Source: Pavona decussata (lineage: Eukaryota). Taken from it: 64,000 nt of DNA. A program made the translations under genes and the position numbers. Numbering within the stretch: position 1 is the stretch's first letter; each line of letters opens with the position of its first letter. The notes under the pieces were generated by a model. The model saw nothing but the letters and a program-made list of their open reading frames with translations. It did no database searches and was not told the origin of the DNA. Location of the stretch: the NCBI GenBank assembly GCA_977016875.1, contig CDRNST010000051.1, forward strand, positions 2,542,001 to 2,606,000, read 5' to 3'. Positions 61,001 through 64,000 of this stretch are shown one piece after another.

Positions 61001-62440
61001 TTCAATTATTTCTGAAAACTGAAAATGTTCGTAGCTCTTGTAGCTACAACAGGAAGCAGTCAGCATACCATCCACCACGTGGCAGCTGCAGACAAAGACG
61101 AAACCAGAAACAGTGGCTACAAATGTTGGATTTGCAGAACCCAGGCACACTGGACAGATGAGTGTTAGAAATTTACAAAACCTAATCCTGCAATAAAAAT
61201 CCTGCGTGATTGAATTACAGTTTCCCCGGACACCTCTAAATTTTAACTCCGGTTTGAAAAGCGAAAACTAACGGAAAAAGCAACATGGTCCAAGTTTCTC
61301 AGGTGACCCACTCAGACCGTATTAAAGTGTTTCCTTCCGATTCCCAGCAGGTTGTAAAATAAAAACATTCTAGAAAAAACCCTCATATAAGGTTGTTATT
61401 GTAGATCTCTTTATTTGCTTCAATTCGCTTTGCTGCGGCCACTGACAAAAGAAGAGACAGAAATGATTAACTCAAGTGATCTGAAGTGGAACAAGTCTTT
61501 GTGCGACCGATTGTTTCACGCCCCTGAAGCGAAATCAATTATTTTTTAACACGTATGGAAATTTATTAGTTCAAATCACGTAGTCTTTCTCTCCTACTAG
61601 AGTGTTAATTGATTTCCCTCTTTACTTGATGTCTCACACATTTTTCAACCTGTTTTTGGCACTTCGAAAGGTTAATTAATACTTATTTACTTCCCAGGTG
61701 TTAAAAGTCGTTATTGCCCCAGGACTTGTTACGCCTCATGTTTTCACAACTGAAAGGGTGGAAAACGTGCTCTACGACACGACCTCTAGCTATTGTTTTC
61801 TTTTTAATTGGCATTTAGCTTTGTATTTCATCAGTGTACAATACAGTCCATTATTGTCTCTTTAATCTCAAGGTTAAGTATCACTCTCACGCCGCGCCAG
61901 GAACACTTCTTCAGGAATGGATGTACCACTAATATTCCTCTTCATCTGTCAGCTTACAACTGAGCTTTCAAAATGTTTTAAAACTAGCAACAGCTAAAGG
62001 ATAAAATTATTCAAAGTTTACCACTAATTTTTTTCCGAGTCTGATTGGCGTAAATTAAGCACGTGACGTGATAGTGGTTATCACGGCCGAGAGACTGAGT
62101 GGCGATAACACCACTCCGCCTTTTAATTAAGCATTTGATAAGATTTTTGTGTGTAAAAATACCTCACTGTGTTTGTCGCTTGGCTTTACAATTTCTTCTA
62201 GCCTTAGTTTCAATTGGTCAAAGGTTGAAATTTTGATTGTTCAAGAATACTATTTACTTTGCGTTTTGGCTAAAATTAAGCGCAGATTTTGCGTTATCAT
62301 GTAAGCAATTTACTGCAAAGTACTTCAAGTCTGAGTGAACCTGAGATAATTTCTGGTCCTGAATATTTTGTCCAAGGCAAGCAGTCGATTTGCCACATTT
62401 TTTCCTTCATTATTCTCAGTCAGTGTTGACAAAAGAGAGA

Positions 62441-62584
62441 TCATGTCTGCATGGCTGCCCCCGGCTCTTGCTCGCTGTTAGTCTGTGTTAGTGAAACTGA
62501 ATCAGTTTTGTCCTCCTTGAGGTAGGCAGTTGCAGAGCTCAGCATTTTCTTCAATGAGATCGAAATCACTTTAGCAACCCTTAT
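62441..62584 (-). CDS. Possible terminal coding exon of a minus-strand gene starting beyond the gap or window
   Basis: Acceptor gtattgctttacag| followed by 47 open codons IRVAKVISISLKKMLSSATAYLKEDKTDSVSLTQTNSEQEPGAAMQT-stop. No homology recognised. Confidence 0.25.
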   Translation of the reverse strand: MRVAKVISISLKKMLSSATAYLKEDKTDSVSLTQTNSEQEPGAAMQT

Positions 62585-63109
62585 CTGTAAAGCAATACAG
62601 CAGTTGTAGTTTCGGTAGTTTTTGAAGTTACTGTTGTTTGCCTCCTAGTTTCATTAAACATGTCATCCTCATACGGTCTGAGGTCGTCCGTTCTCGATGA
62701 ACTTAAAATGTGGCCCTTCTCAGCAAAACAAGTCAAAACGATGTTGGGTATCTTTCTTTATGTTAAACGAATACGGCTGAATTAGTTGCACCTGTTTGCC
62801 AATACGTTGTCAGTGGATCGACAGAGGAGTTTCCACAGACAATTTATTATTAAATTTATCAGTATATTATGAATATATTAGGAATGGACTCTTTCCTTTT
62901 CGCACTACAATGGTCATGTTTGATGTTTTCTTGTTCGGACTTGTCATTCATTCACGTATTTCCTCTTGAACCACTTTATAACGGTCGCCTCTCAACAACG
63001 ACAAGAGAATTCTGTTCGAAAGTGGCTGTCTAACGATGAACTTAAAATGTGGCCTTATACCATAGTTAGCCAGTCCCCCTCTATTAACTATGCTTAAACA
63101 CGGACCTGC

Positions 63110-63247
63110 NNNNNNNNNNNNNNNNNNNNNNNNNNNNNNNNNNNNNNNNNNNNNNNNNNNNNNNNNNNNNNNNNNNNNNNNNNNNNNNNNNNNNNNNNNN
63201 NNNNNNNNNNNNNNNNNNNNNNNNNNNNNNNNNNNNNNNNNNNNNNN
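63110..63247. other. Assembly gap (run of N)
   Basis: Direct reading. Confidence 1.
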
Positions 63248-63522
63248 GAACTAACTATGTTCAGTTTTCAGTGACTTCTCTAGAATACACGAGAAGAACT
63301 TGAAAAAAATGGCCAATTTTTTCAATCCATTTTCATCCTAGCCATCTGCAGCCAAACATAATTATTACTAGTTTCTGTGCACTAGTGGGGTTATTGTTAA
63401 CAAAACGGAACCATTATTTTAACGATTCAACTATGTTTTTTGGCCATGGTTTCCAAGCTAATACAGTGGACCAGGCTATCTCTGACACCTGCTCAAGAAC
63501 AATACATTTCTAAAATTAAATG

Positions 63523-63579
63523 TTTCAAATGCCAACGTTTCGGCTAAAATTAAACTTCAGCCTTCATCAGGGTGAAGAC
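63523..63579 (-). ncRNA. Minimal Penelope-type hammerhead ribozyme motif
   Basis: Minus strand: ttcacc-CUGAUGA-a-ggcugaag(uuua)auuuuagcc-GAAA-cguu-gg. Conserved core boxes, stem II ggcu/agcc and palindromic AACGUU stem III. Stem I is weak. Confidence 0.6.
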
Positions 63580-63704
63580 ATAAACATTTTACAAAGAGCA
63601 CGATGTATGTAAAGAAATTTAAAGTCTTGTCCTTTGGAGCTAAATTCAAATACTCATGCTGCATGAAAACAACAACAGCAAAATTTTATTACAACACTCT
63701 AGAT

Positions 63705-63992
63705 AACTGAATTTATCCAAAAGTTCTTCCACCCGCATGTAGCTGAATTTATCCAAAAATTCTTCCACCCGCATGTAACTGAATTTATCCAAAAATTCTT
63801 CCACCCGCATGTAACTGAATTTATCCAAAAGTTCTTCCACCCGCATGTAACTGAATTTATCCAAAAGTTCTTCCACCCGCATGTAACTGAATTTATCCAA
63901 AAGTTCTTCCACCCGCATGTAACTGAATTTATCCAAAAGTTCTTCCACCCGCATGTAACTGAATTTATCCAAAAGTTCTTCCACCCGCATGT
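63705..63992. repeat. 36-bp minisatellite, 8 near-perfect copies
   Basis: Unit aactgaatttatccaaaagttcttccacccgcatgt. Gives the MRVEELLDKFSY repeat ORF on the minus strand. Confidence 0.95.
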
Positions 63993-64000
63993 AGCTGGCT

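Noticed and set aside
55200-62400. Short ORFs (60-105 aa) upstream of paralog 3
   Set aside because: No recognisable domains or consistent splice structure; likely intergenic or decayed repeats.
63646-63990. 36-bp repeats as a CRISPR array or repeat-protein gene
   Set aside because: Repeats are contiguous with no spacers, there are no cas genes and the context is eukaryotic. The ORF is a by-product of a unit length divisible by three.

Overview
AT-rich eukaryotic genomic DNA with GT-AG introns. The repeat families suggest an anthozoan, probably a stony coral (inference). There are three gene blocks. (1) At 0.7-9.8 kb (+) is a duplicated three-gene cassette (A-B-C / A'-B'-C') of intronless genes. 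They encode Cys-rich, signal-anchored proteins carrying two HxS/T motifs, i.e. 2H-phosphoesterase fold proteins predicted to face the lumen or cell exterior. Four copies are intact and two are pseudogenes, lost reciprocally between the duplicates. (2) At 10.7-25.2 kb (+) is a 17-exon PDPR-like flavoprotein gene (DMGDH/SARDH/PDPR family, about 854 aa) that keeps the flavinylation His. (3) At 28.2-55.1 kb (-) are three tandem, highly diverged paralogs with the architecture ubiquitin-like + ankyrin (ANKRD60/ANKUB1-like), a long disordered linker and a W-rich CCDC34/CCDC181-like coiled coil on a separate terminal exon. The rest is MITEs, a SINE, a Penelope-like fragment, a Penelope-type hammerhead motif, microsatellites, a 36-bp minisatellite and an N gap. 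All family assignments come from motif recognition by eye; no database search was run.
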